From NCBI GenBank assembly GCA_043228905.1, contig JBHGNT010000013.1:19902001-19966000 (forward strand): a stretch of DNA of 64,000 bases, written 5' to 3'. Position 1 is the stretch's first letter. Each line of letters opens with the position of its first letter. Below, in pieces: positions 12,029-24,228 of the stretch. Below the pieces are notes generated by a model. It saw only the letters and a list, made by a program, of their open reading frames with translations. It did no database searches and was not told the origin of the DNA. The position numbers and the translations under genes were made by a program. This DNA is from Azolla caroliniana (Eukaryota; Plantae; Polypodiophyta).

Positions 12029-15000
12029 GTAGACGACGGAGATGACGAAGGAGAGGTTTTCTGTTCCTTCGCAGAAATCATTCGTTCGTGGCTGTTGCGA
12101 TTCGAGCGGACTTCATGGAAACCCTCTTTGAGTTGGACTGAGTGAGGAGAGGGGGGTGGGGGGGCAGGGAGAGAGAGAGAAGAGGAACTCAATAAAATCT
12201 GTGCAGGAACAGCAGCAAAAGAGCATGAAAGTTGTACAAAAACAAAGATGGAGTTTCGGCGCGGCCAGGCGGCAAAGATCCCCCGGCCGGCCAAAACGCG
12301 TGTTGCCGCTTGCTTTGATCGGTTTGTGACAAGTCGGTCTAGCCTTTCTCATCTGTTCTTTTTCAGCAATCATCTCCTGCCATTGCTTCGGTTGACCCTC
12401 TAGCCAGTATTGTCGTATTAATCGAACCCTTCTGTTAGTGTTGTAGCTCTCATTTGGTCGATTAGCTTGTGTTGGTCGTTCCGACCCATCCTTTGCTTGG
12501 TCTTGCTCTTCCATTCGGTCCTTTTAGTCGATGCCATCGTTCTTATTAGTCAATTACCTTGTGTCGTCGTTTTGGTCAGCCCTTTCACTAGTAGTATAGT
12601 GTTGCTTGCGTGTACATGTGTATTAATGATGTTATCAACACTCATCACTTGTTAAGACTTAGTGCATGGCTTTCAATGAATAGCTAAATTGGTTTGTGTT
12701 TTATGTTTTGTCATAATTGAATGCAGCTTTCCCAAAAATATTGCTTTGCAAAAACACATAGTTGCTAATTTACATGAGGTTTATGAGCCTTTATTGGCTT
12801 AGATTGATGCATTTTAGAGAATTTACAATGAAGACCTTTATAAAATGGTTTATACTAAATCTTATTAAGGCTTTGAATGTAGAGAAACCAATGCCACTAC
12901 CCTTGTTAGCCAGCCATGTGGCATCCACATCAACAATTGCACACTTTACATCCATCGAAAAGCAAGTTGTTGTTCCCATGTCTAATTACAAAGTGATTAC
13001 TAATTATAATAAGCAATGTTTGATATTACAAAAATAGTAATGTAAGGGCACATTACCACATTGACCACCCTTGAGCAAAGGAGAAAAGACAAAGACAAAA
13101 TATCATTTGGGTACCATACTACCAGATATTATCTTATGTAATATCTTGGAAGTTGAGATGAACTAGTTTGAAAGAATAGGGCTATGCCTCACAAATAAAG
13201 TCTTAATAATTTGTAGTGTCTAAGGGGTACGTAGTCCCATTTATGTAGTCTAACTCCTTAGGCTTCCATATCAAGTGTCACATGCCCTGATAGGTTTGTC
13301 CCAAGTCTTAAGGTATGTAGTTCCCCACTTGTCCTACCCTTTACAATTGGTCCCTAAACTTATACCTATAAGTAAGAAAGAATGTGGTGTAGGGAATAAT
13401 CTAATTTTAGCTTTAACTTGATGAGTTAATATGGAACTTTCTTTCGGGGCATAAATTGTTCAACATTGATTTATACTTGTTTGAAGGAGTACTTAAGCAA
13501 TCATAGTTTTTCTTTGAAGGGTGTTGTGTCATCGACTCCCTTAAAAGTCGAAGCAAATTGCCAACCTATCCACCCACTCCTCGGGAGCTCACAGTTTCAT
13601 GCTTTGTTTCACTCCCTGGTTCATAGAGTAACAACCGTCTAAGTTGAAGGTCACAGGTTCAAGTCCTATAGGATGTGTATCTTCATACCAAAATGACTCA
13701 ATGTTGGGGAAAGGAAGGACCTACCATGTTAGCATCTATTGGATTTTTTTGGTTTGGATAATTCCACTTTACCTCTTTTCCCGAACCTTAAACCACAACA
13801 AATATTCTTCTTGTCAATAATGATTGGTATCACATTTATTTATTTGGGAACTTCACACTTTACCACTCTACACATCATGATCTGTAAAATACGGTAATCA
13901 TAGGAAACTAGATGTGATGTTTTCACCTTCCAACCACGACCCTTTTTACAACATTTTATCCTTGTAAAGTTGCCCTATTCCCTAATCAATTAATTTCTTA
14001 TTAGTTATTATGGTCTATTCAAAGCATTGTGTGCTTTAAACCCTAGGTTAGGGAAGTCATTGTAGTCATATGCCTCAATTATATTAGTGATATAACATTA
14101 CACCCACAAAAGATGTGTTTTTGCCCTAATGTAATTGACTAGATCTAAGATAATTTGTTTTAGTAAAAGATGAACCATCATCTAATCCAATTTATTACCA
14201 ACAATCACAAGAGAATCCACCTAATATCAAGAGTATATTACTAATCAATAAACAAAATTAAAGTAAACAAAAGGTGAATAGATTGGATAAAAGAACCCAT
14301 TCCTCCCAACAACCCCCAAGCTATGATCTAGACATAGCCAATCTACCACCAATGTCCTAGACTGACAGATACTAGGATGACTAGCACCCTGGAATAAGTA
14401 ACACAATTGTTGCACCAAAAGCCTAGCCAGCACCATTGGTGTTTTAATACTTCAATACTCCGCCATAACATGTTTTATGATGGTAGCTAGGCTCATATTT
14501 ATAATTCTTCATAAGCCCCTTGAATAAATGCGCTTTTCTAAAATACTCTCAATTCATCGGTTGTGAAGGTCATAGTAGTGTATGCACCTATCATTCCTTC
14601 TATCAAATCACATTAGTCCCTTCCGAACATTAGTGAACATTCCCTTCACTTATGTTTTGTAAATATTAGTGACCTACCCTCACCACCCTTCAACTCATTC
14701 TTCACAAAAGTTCTTAAATAAGTTTGACAATGGTAAAACCGATGACAACATGATCAACATTATAATCTAGATGATGCAAGTTTGGACAATTGGAAATTTA
14801 AGCCAACAATCATTTATAGCTTCCTATTGTTTATAACAATCATATATTAAAATGACTTTCATAGAATTGAATGGTGTTTTGGATTATTAAGAGGAGTTCA
14901 ACCACGAATTATGTGGTACACAAGCAAAAGCCCATGAAATTTCTCTAGAGCACTAGTCGAAAGACACAAATGACTACCATAATATAATCATATGCATGTC

Positions 15001-16000
15001 GATAAATGGTGTATTGATTATCACAAAGCTACTAGCAAGATGCCCAAGCTTGATATTTGAAAGAGAATGAATTTTCTCAAAGAGAACAAAAAAGAATGTC
15101 GATGAGGTGTTGAGAAAAATATGAAATGTATATTACCAAATTATTGATAAGATGAAATAGTCAATGAGTGCGGTGAAGATAAATTGAACAACAAAAATGG
15201 TGGTGGTAGCAAAAATTGACAAGAATGTAGAAACTTAAAGGTTGAATCAACTTGGCCTTAACAAAGCACCAAGAAATTTAAAGGTCAAATTAACCTCCCA
15301 ACCATGAGCTTTTATAACATGTCATGTTAACAATGTGCTTTATTGGTGTGATGAGTTCCTTTGAAGAGGCCAACACAACTCATACCTTTGAGCGTGGCAC
15401 ATCCAAGGGTCACTATCGAGCCCTAAGGGGTTGCCTTCCTCGCAATGGACTAAACCATGGATCGGGGGACGTCACTCCCAAATGGCAAAGACCATGTTAT
15501 ACTCCGACACATATAAGGACTTATCTCTCCTTTCCATGCAATTGTGGAAGCGTTGAAGGATTCTTAACTTAAATTAAAATTAACACACCTAATCACTACA
15601 CCAGTTAAAAAATATGTTTATCTTAATTAAGTAAATAATTACCCAATAAGAAATATATACGACGTCTTAATTGTATAGATATTTTTTAAGTAAAAAACAT
15701 GTATATATTAGTTGTAATACCTTATATATTTATAATATTAGTTTCCTAAACGGTTAAAAAACCTCATAATCAAATGTGTAATCCCATACCTCCAATGCTC
15801 TTATCCACTAAGATTGAAACTCAAACCCTTTGGTTATTCACCGTTTATTGCAACAAATATCATTATATATATTACATTTGATTTATCTATATGCAGGCAA
15901 TTTGCTTTAATTCTCCTCCTTGTTAGCCATTGTTTCTTATTCTCTCTTCCTACCTCACATGAGTTGATATTTGCCTCTGTTTCACACAATCCCTCATTTG

Positions 16001-19000
16001 TGTTGAGCGAGCAAGCTCAACCGGATCCGGATTGGCATCCGGAAGGATGAGCTGGATCGGTATCCGAAAACAACTGGCCAGATCGGGGAGACGGATCGGA
16101 GAGTCGGATTCGAGTGTGAACCGGAAGCCTAGTAGTAGCCTAGACTACTAGGTAATCATTGTCTTGTAGTTAGTGTCAGTCACTTGTATGAGCATTGATG
16201 TACTGTCAATCCTTTTGAGGACTTGTATAAATAGTGTTTTTTAGCACGTTGTATATACAGAGTTTCAGAGTGATATTTTGAATTGAGTTTATGTTCTACT
16301 CTCTCTCTCTCTCTCTCTCTCTCAATTTGTCTCTCCCACGCGTATTCTTTGTGTTAAGTTCTCCATTAAACCTTTTCTCATTTTCTGTTGCTATCCTGCT
16401 GAGCTGGTTTGTCTAATGCTTCTGCACACTAACTTTTACATGGTATCAGAGTGCGAGGGTTGAGAACCTCTGTAGCCGATAGACGCTTTCGAAGACAAAC
16501 CCTAATAACTGGTAACAACAAACAGAAGTATGGTGAGTTCACTTCCAATAGAGAAGCTCGACCAGAGCAACTATGCGTCCTGGTCATATAAAATGCACCA
16601 ATACTTGCTGGGGCATGGTTATTGGAGCTATGTGGAAGGAACTAACGAGGTAGCACCGGAGCCGACACACAATGAATTCCCGGTATGGGAGCAAGGAGCA
16701 AGCCGAGTATTGTACTGCCTCGAGTCATGTGTGCACGATCAGATGCTCGGTTACATAAAGGATGCAAAGACACCGAAGGAGGCTTGGGAAAATCTACGGA
16801 ACATTTTCGCCGCGAGTACCGCAACCCGTAAGTTGCAGGTCTGGCAAGAGCCGAACAACATTCGGCAAAGAGACATGTCGATTACGGATAAAGGAGATTT
16901 GTAAATTGTGACGCACTTAGGTCTATCAACGTGACGGTGGACGAAGATGAGATGGTACAAATCTGCCTTAGTGGTCTAGCGCAAAGGTACAGGCCAATCC
17001 GGACAACGATCTGCACCAAGGAGAAGCCACCGTCCTTCTTCCACTTGCAATTAATGTTGATGATCGAAGAAAACCACGCAAGTGGGTCTAGGACCACTCG
17101 ATCGGACGACCAGATGTTGTACACGGAGATAGATCGGCCCCATGGACTTGGTGGACGAGGTGGGTTGGCACACAATGGAGGTTGCCGACAATAGCAGGAC
17201 CGAAGGCACAGAGGTAGTGTTGACAACAATTCCGGACCCTCCACAAGCAGGGGGAGTCAAAGCAGCGTCGGAAGCCGGCAAGGAAAAGCTGACATGGAAT
17301 GCTGGTATTGTGGCAAATAGGGCCACAGGGAAAGTGAGTGCTGGAAGAAGCGCGCAAATCCGGACAAATCCGGATCCAACAAGGCCGGTCGGGAAAATCG
17401 AGAAAGCTTGCACTACGCAAAAGGATCAAAAGGATCCATAACCGGGAAGACTGGATGCAGGTGCGGTTTACACACCTTGGGTGCTTCATCGAGGAAGAAG
17501 GCCGGATAATCGCGCAAGGGCGCAGGGAAGGGAGGATGTTCATCCTCAACACAAATGACGTTGGCACCGCCATGTTTGCCAAAGGATAGAAGATTGAATC
17601 AGAAATCGATCTTTGGCATAAGCGAATTGGCCATGTCAACTACCAGAGGCTTCAGGACCTACAATCGAAACAAGTTGTTTTCGGTTTGCCGAAATTTAGC
17701 GGTCGGAAGGCCAAAATTTGTGAAGCTTGCCAACTCGGGAAGCAACACCAGCTTCCATTCCCCACCGAACGAAACCGGAGCCGTAACAAGCTCGATCTAA
17801 TACATTCGGATGTATGGGAACCGACATAGAACGTTTGTCTTGCCGCGGGAATCGATACTTCGTCTCCTTCATCGACGACTACAGTCGGCACACGTGGATC
17901 TACCTCATCGAACGGAAGAGAGAAGTCTTCGAATGTTTCCGGAACTTGCAAAGCTTAGTTGAACGGGAAACAAAGAGGAAGATCAAGTGTTTGCGATCGG
18001 ATGGCGGAAAAGAATACTTTTCCAGCCAATTCAACAATTATCTGCAGCAGAATGGAATTCAGAGAGAATTTAGAGAGAATTCAGCTGCAGATACACATCG
18101 GAACAAAACGTTGTGGCCGAGAGGAAGAACCAATTGATTGTCGATGCGGCAAGGGAAATGTTGGAGGAGAAGAGCATGCCCCAATTCTACTAGGCTGAGG
18201 CGGTCCGGATGACCTTCTATATCCAAAACCGGATCGAAGACAAGGTGTTTGCACATGAGTTGTATTTCGGGCGGAAGCCGAATTTGAGGCACCTTCGGAT
18301 ATTCGGTAGCATAGCATATGTGCAGGTACTGGATGAGAAGCGGAGGAAGCTGGATCCGAAGTCGGAGAAGGGCATACTCATCGACTACTCGCATGAACAG
18401 AAGGGGTATAAGTGTTATAACCCCTAGACTAAACAAGTTCGAGTAAGTCGAGATGTCGAGTTTGATGAGTCGCCATCATGGTACTCCCTACCGACTCCAA
18501 CTCCAGACGAAGACCCTATTTCAGAGGATGATGTTAGTGAACTCGGAGAGGTTCAAGTAGAAGATGAAGACTTCGGCATTCTAGAAGAGAGTTCGATCTC
18601 ATTCCGGCTAAGTAGACTGAATGAGCGGCTGAGTCGAGATGCCCAGTCGGATGAAGAACCGGCGAGTAGTGGAGACTCTATCGTGCTCTCCCTGCGCAAG
18701 GAATCGAGGAGACGGTTCACGCGCAAAGAGAAGGGGAAGAAGAAGATGCCGGAATACGACACCGGCAGTGAAGAGTCGGATCGGAGCGGATCTGACCCCA
18801 GAAAGCATGAAGGCGGATCTTCAGAAAGGAAGTCAGAGCCGCCCAAGAAGGGCCTCAAACCGGCTAACGGAAAGTTATGCCGCTCAATCCGCCTGAAGAA
18901 CCCCGTCCAACAGTACGGGTACAACGAGTACATGGCACATCACTATGCGTACATGACCAAGGTGGTGGAAGTGCGTGAGCCAGAGAGCTACGCAAAAGCG

Positions 19001-21561
19001 GCAAAGGACGCAAATTGGCATGCCGCTATGCAGGAAGAAATGCGGGCACTCGATGCCAACGACACATGGGACCTTGTTGACCCTCCCCGACATTGTAAAC
19101 CGATCGGATGTAAGTGGGTGTACAAGGTAAAGTACAATGTTAACGGTTCAGTTAATCGGTACAAGGCCCGATTAGTGGCGAAGCGATACGCGCAAAATCA
19201 CAGAATCGACTACGATGAGACCTTCGTTCTGGTAACTAAGATGACAACGGTTCATGTAGTATTAACGGTTGCTGCGGCAAGGGGGTGACATCTTCACCAA
19301 ATGGACGTGAAGAATGCATTTATTCAAGGTGATCTTGAAGAACGGGTCTATATGATCCAACCCCCCCATTTCCAATTGGAGATGAACAAGTCAACAGTGT
19401 GCCGACTCAAGAAGTCTCTTTACGGTCTGAAGCAAGCCCCTTGAGCTTGGAATGCGAAGATCACACACTGATTGCGTAAGATGGTGTTTGTGACCTCAAA
19501 GTCCGACTCTTCATTGTTCATCCGGAACGGTCCAGACGGTCTGATTTGCATTTTGCTTTATGTAGATGATTTAGTCATCACCAGACCTGGACTTAATGAA
19601 ATCGACCGAGTGAAGGCCCAACTGTCGGATGCATTTGAGATGAAGGACATGGGGGACCTTCATTATTTCCTTGGGATCGAGGTGATCCGAATCCCCAACG
19701 ACATATTGCTCTCACAACGCCATTATGTGTTGAATATGTTGTACAAGTTCATCATGACGGAATGTCGACTTGTCTCTATACCCCTGGACCGAAACCAAAA
19801 CCTCCGTCCTGACTCCAGACCGGCCTGTGATGAGAAACGGTTCCGACAAATTGTCGGAAGCCTCATATACTTGACAATCACTCGACCTGACATCAATTAC
19901 TTGGTTAGAGTGATCAGCCAATTAATGCAGAAGCCGACCGTCGAGCACCTTCAGTGCGCACATCAGATACTCTGGTATGTTAGCGGCATGAAGGACCGAG
20001 GACTGTTATACCGACACGGTATAACTTGGAAGCTAGTTGGATATACCGATGCCGACTGGGCTGGTGATGCATCGGATTGCCGATCCACCTTTGGTTACAT
20101 GTTTTCTCTAGGTAGCGCGGTTGTTGCGTGGAGTAGCAAAAAGCAGCCAACAGTGGCTCTGTCGAGCACTAAGGCTGAGTACCAGGGCGCTACCAATGCC
20201 ACCTGTGAAGCCATCTGGCTTCGGCGATTGTTGCGTCACCCCCGGATCGAGGTACCGACCCCAATCTTGATCTACTGTGACAACATGAGCTGCTTCAGCT
20301 CACCAAGAACCTTGTATTCCATGCTCGAACAAAGCACATAGAAGTGCATTATCACTTTGTTCGTGAGCGGGCCCTGAGCGGTGAAGTTGAACTTCAGTAT
20401 GTTCACACGGATCGACAGGTTGTCGACATCTTCACCAAGCCCCTAGGATCGGACAAGTTGCAACATTTTTCGGAGATGCTCGATATTCAACATCTCGATG
20501 TGCCGCACTTGAGGGGGAGAATAGGAACGAGAATGAATGGCACCGAACAAGGAGCCAGAGAGGAAGGAAGAACCAAGGGGGGAGATCAGCAGAAAAAGGA
20601 AGTTGAGCCGACCGAAGGAGTCGGTACATCCGAACAAGTCGGAGCAAGCGGCAGTGGCAGTAGAGGCAAGAAGGACAGAACCGACTGGAAGAAGGCCAAG
20701 TCCCGGACATGGTTCGATGTGGTGAAGGGCCTAAAAACGGAAGACGAGTTGGAAACTACCAACTCAGACAAGAGCTGGAACGAATCGGAGGAAGCTGATT
20801 TGGTTCAAGATTCGGAGAAGTCGGATCAACTAAAGGCCAACCGGACGAGACGGTAGTTGAAGTCGACACCGACAAGGAGGAACCGATGGATTGACAAGCG
20901 TCGGAGTCATAACATCGAAGGAGCTGAAATGGGCCTGTTGAGTAGACAAGCCGACCAAGGAGGTCGAGGTGCACAGTACCAGACGGGCCGCGGGAAGCGG
21001 AATCGAACCGGACGAGGAGCGCGAGCAAGGCGGAACAACGCTAGAAGGAGCCGGGTGGAAGGACCGACTGCCACAAACACTAACTCCACAATCCGACCTC
21101 AAGTTGAGCTTGAGGGGGTGTGTTGAGCGAGCAAGCTCAACCGGATCCGGATCGGCTGAATAAGCCAGAGCTGGATTAGTATCCGGAAACAACCGGCCGG
21201 ATTGGGGAGACGGATTAGAGAGCTGGATTCGAGTGCGAACCGGAAGCCTAGTAATAGCCTAGACTACTAGGTAATCATTTTCTCGTAGTTAGTGTCAGTC
21301 GCTCGTATGAGCATTGAAGTACATAATACTTCTGTTAGTCCTTTTGAGGACTTGTATAAATAATGTTGTTTAGCACATTGTATGTACAGAGTTTCAAAGT
21401 GATAGTTTGAATTGAGTTTATGTTCTGCTCTCTCTCTCTCTCTTTGTCTGTCTCTCCCACGCGTATTCTCTGTGTTAAGTTCTCCATTAAACCTTTTCTC
21501 ATTTTCTGTTGCTATCCTACTAAGCCGGTTTGTCTAATGCTTCCGCACGCTAACTTTTACA
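16001..21561 (+). mobile_element. Full-length degenerate Ty1/Copia retrotransposon
   Basis: LTRs 16001-16440 and 21121-21561 (TG...CA). TSD ATTTG at 15996-16000 and 21562-21566. PBS TGGTATCAGAG at 16441; PPT before 21121. Gag (EKLDQSNYASW, CWYCG knuckle), integrase (SFIDDYSR, LRSDGG), RT (YKARLVAK, LLYVDDL), RNase H. Many stops and frameshifts. Confidence 0.96.
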
Positions 21562-21899
21562 ATTTGTAACATTAACCATCACACATGTATAAGTATCAAG
21601 TTGAGTACTTGGGGTTGGTGAGAGCAAAAAGTATTTCAAATAATGCACAATGAAGAGTAGAAGTGGATTATCAGAATGCCTTCATTCTCTCTTTTAAAAG
21701 TCAAAGGACAATATTTGGATTTCTTTTTTGTGTGTACAATCTCATATTAATATAAATCCAATTATGAAAGAAAATCTCATATTTTAATGAACAAATTGAC
21801 TTACTAGTTTTTGGACTTATTTGGTCCTACAACAAGATTGAAGTTCTCGTAGTACTTGACACTAATGGTTCTTCAGCTCAAACCTCGTACTTAAAATGG

Positions 21900-22850
21900 G
21901 GAATTGAGAAGATGGTTTTTCAATGATGTCGTCAAGACTAGTAAAGCTTGTTACTCTCAATTTCACAAAAACCAAGGCTAATAAAATTTCGGACAACTTT
22001 GCATTGGATCATAAAAGAGGTACAAACTATAACAAGACATTTTGTGCCATGTATTGATGTAGAAATGTCAATGAAGAATTTATCGCTTTGGTATATATGG
22101 TTACCTAAGTAATATGTCATGCCTCATTGTTAGAATTCATTGAAGGTTTGGAACCTGGGTTCAAGTCTTGAGGGTGATGGATATTTGATCTTCAAAACTT
22201 TTGAAAGATTAAAACTTTGCCCCTAAAAACATGGCTTTGCAAATGACTTTCCATAATCCAATGATCGGAAATTTAAAATTGTATCATTGCCTTATACAAC
22301 ATTGGTAATAATAATTAGAGAATTGAGACCAAGACTCTAATGTCTTTGTTCACGATAGTGGAGCTCCAATTGGATTAAGGGTAATAAAAGGTTTGGATGG
22401 TGAAGACTTTATTAGAGGTTATTAGTGATTAATTGGTTTTGACTGGTTGAAGATTATTAGTTGTTATCAACCATTGATTAAGTAATTCACGAGAATATAA
22501 TAATTAAACAATCCGTGGTAGAATTAGGCACAAGTTTCGATTGAGATTGTCTCTAATTGACATTACCCTTTCACTTGTTATTGTCAAGGTGACAACTTCC
22601 TAACTTTAACTAATTCTATTTGACTTTACAAAACTTTGTACTTCCCAAGAAAATCTTCTCTCCCTCTCTCAATCTTAGTCTCATATACTTTGCCTTGAAC
22701 AAGTTTGATACAATGCTCTGCCTTTGATCATATTTTACTATGCTTTCCATATTTCTTCGACCAAGCCTAATCCTTGCGCAAATTTCTCTCACAACCACAA
22801 TGTGCACTCTCAATTGCAACATTCATTGTTAAAGTTCTTGAATATCGAGA
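21900..22850 (-). mobile_element. Highly decayed Copia gag/protease remnant
   Basis: Minus-strand peptides resemble gag (SIVSNLFKAKYMRLRLREGE) and the post-protease RNFISLG motif. No LTRs found. Confidence 0.35.
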
Positions 22851-23153
22851 GTCACTACTCACTTTCATATGTATTACGTGAAATGTAATATTTTTGGTCT
22901 CATAGGTCATATTTGACCTTCAAAGATGATAATAAAATCTATCTATCTATCTCTTGACACGCATTTTGTCTCTTTTTTCCATAAATAATGGCTTTCATTA
23001 TGAAAGAAAAAACACACACCACCATGACTAACTTGCAACAAAGTAATAGAACCCTTTTAGGGATGTAAATACTATCGCTATGAAGATTACGAATTTAATC
23101 TCACCCTACACACCAATTCAAATGTCAAATATGACGATATGTGACCTTGTAGA

Positions 23154-23156
<3 letters not shown>

Positions 23157-23194
<38 letters not shown>
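23157..23194. repeat. (CT)n microsatellite
   Basis: Seen directly. Confidence 0.95.
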
Positions 23195-23197
<3 letters not shown>

Positions 23198-24228
23198 TCT
23201 TGTCACCTGCAAGGTTATCTTACAAAGATTCTCCCTAACCTTGTCCACACAACTCCGAAAAAACTTCTTCTAAAAATACACATCGTTTCAAAAAAATCTC
23301 AAAAGATATCCCTAAAAGATTGAACCACACGAGTTCCTCGCTAAAAGTAGACATCAATCTTGATAAGGGAGCTTAAAAAACCACCAAACAATAAAACATT
23401 TACAAGTTTCCCTAAGAATACCCTCAAAAATCTCAAAAAACATCCTTCTCCACTTTCCCCACTAAGGATAACAAAGACATCAAGATCTAGGTCCAGATGA
23501 AGCTGAGCAACGCATGCACCGGATGCAGCTTTTCGGTGATGTTGTGCAAACTTCCTTGGCGATACTTCCCCTAGTCCATCTAGAGTTTCGAAAAATCTTT
23601 CCCACCAAAATAATAAGAAAAGAACAGGGTTATCTTATCTCCAATGTCCTCACAGAGTTGACGCGGGCATAAATAGACCAGAGTAGAAGAGGATCAAGAT
23701 CCATGCCAATGCCATTTCCACCACCGTCACTAGGTGTTTGATGATGTTTTACAGACCCCCCCAACGCCATCTGGGAAATACGGGAATTCGGCCGGCCGTA
23801 GTTTCGGACATAGGACAAAAAAATATACCTCTCTCCAATATACTCACTAAAAAATGGAGACAACCAAAATCTTGGTAGGAAAGGAGAGGAGCCATGCATC
23901 ACCACCATCTTCTTCTTCTTCTTCTTCTTCTTCTTCATCTTGATAGCTCAAGTGTTCCAAGAAATCGAGCTCCGTTCCTCTTAGGGTTTTCACCGCTCTC
24001 TTCGACAGATCCTTCTTTACTTCCGCTTCCTTCTTCTTCTTCTTCTTCTTCAACTCTGAGATATGCTGGTAGAAGTTTAAACCTCTATCCTTCTTCAACT
24101 CAGATCAAATCCTCACACTGTTCGTCACCTTCTCCTTCTTCTTTCTAAAGAATAGCTTGCAGAGCAAGAAATTCGATTAGAAAATTAGAATATCCGTAGA
24201 ACTGGGGATATCTCCAGAGTATCTGGCT

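Noticed and set aside
11956-12514. 112-aa and 133-aa minus-strand ORFs
   Set aside because: They read through promoter/5' UTR sequence; the recognisable coding frame is the short HDA9-like exon.
13600-13680. tRNA/SINE B-box-like GGTTCAAGTCC (similar motifs at ~22158 and ~38490)
   Set aside because: No cloverleaf, clear A box, tail or TSD; at most decayed SINEs.
23630-24148. Poly-K/E/L/S ORFs
   Set aside because: Artefacts of (CTT)n repeats in the 5' UTR of the IQ gene.
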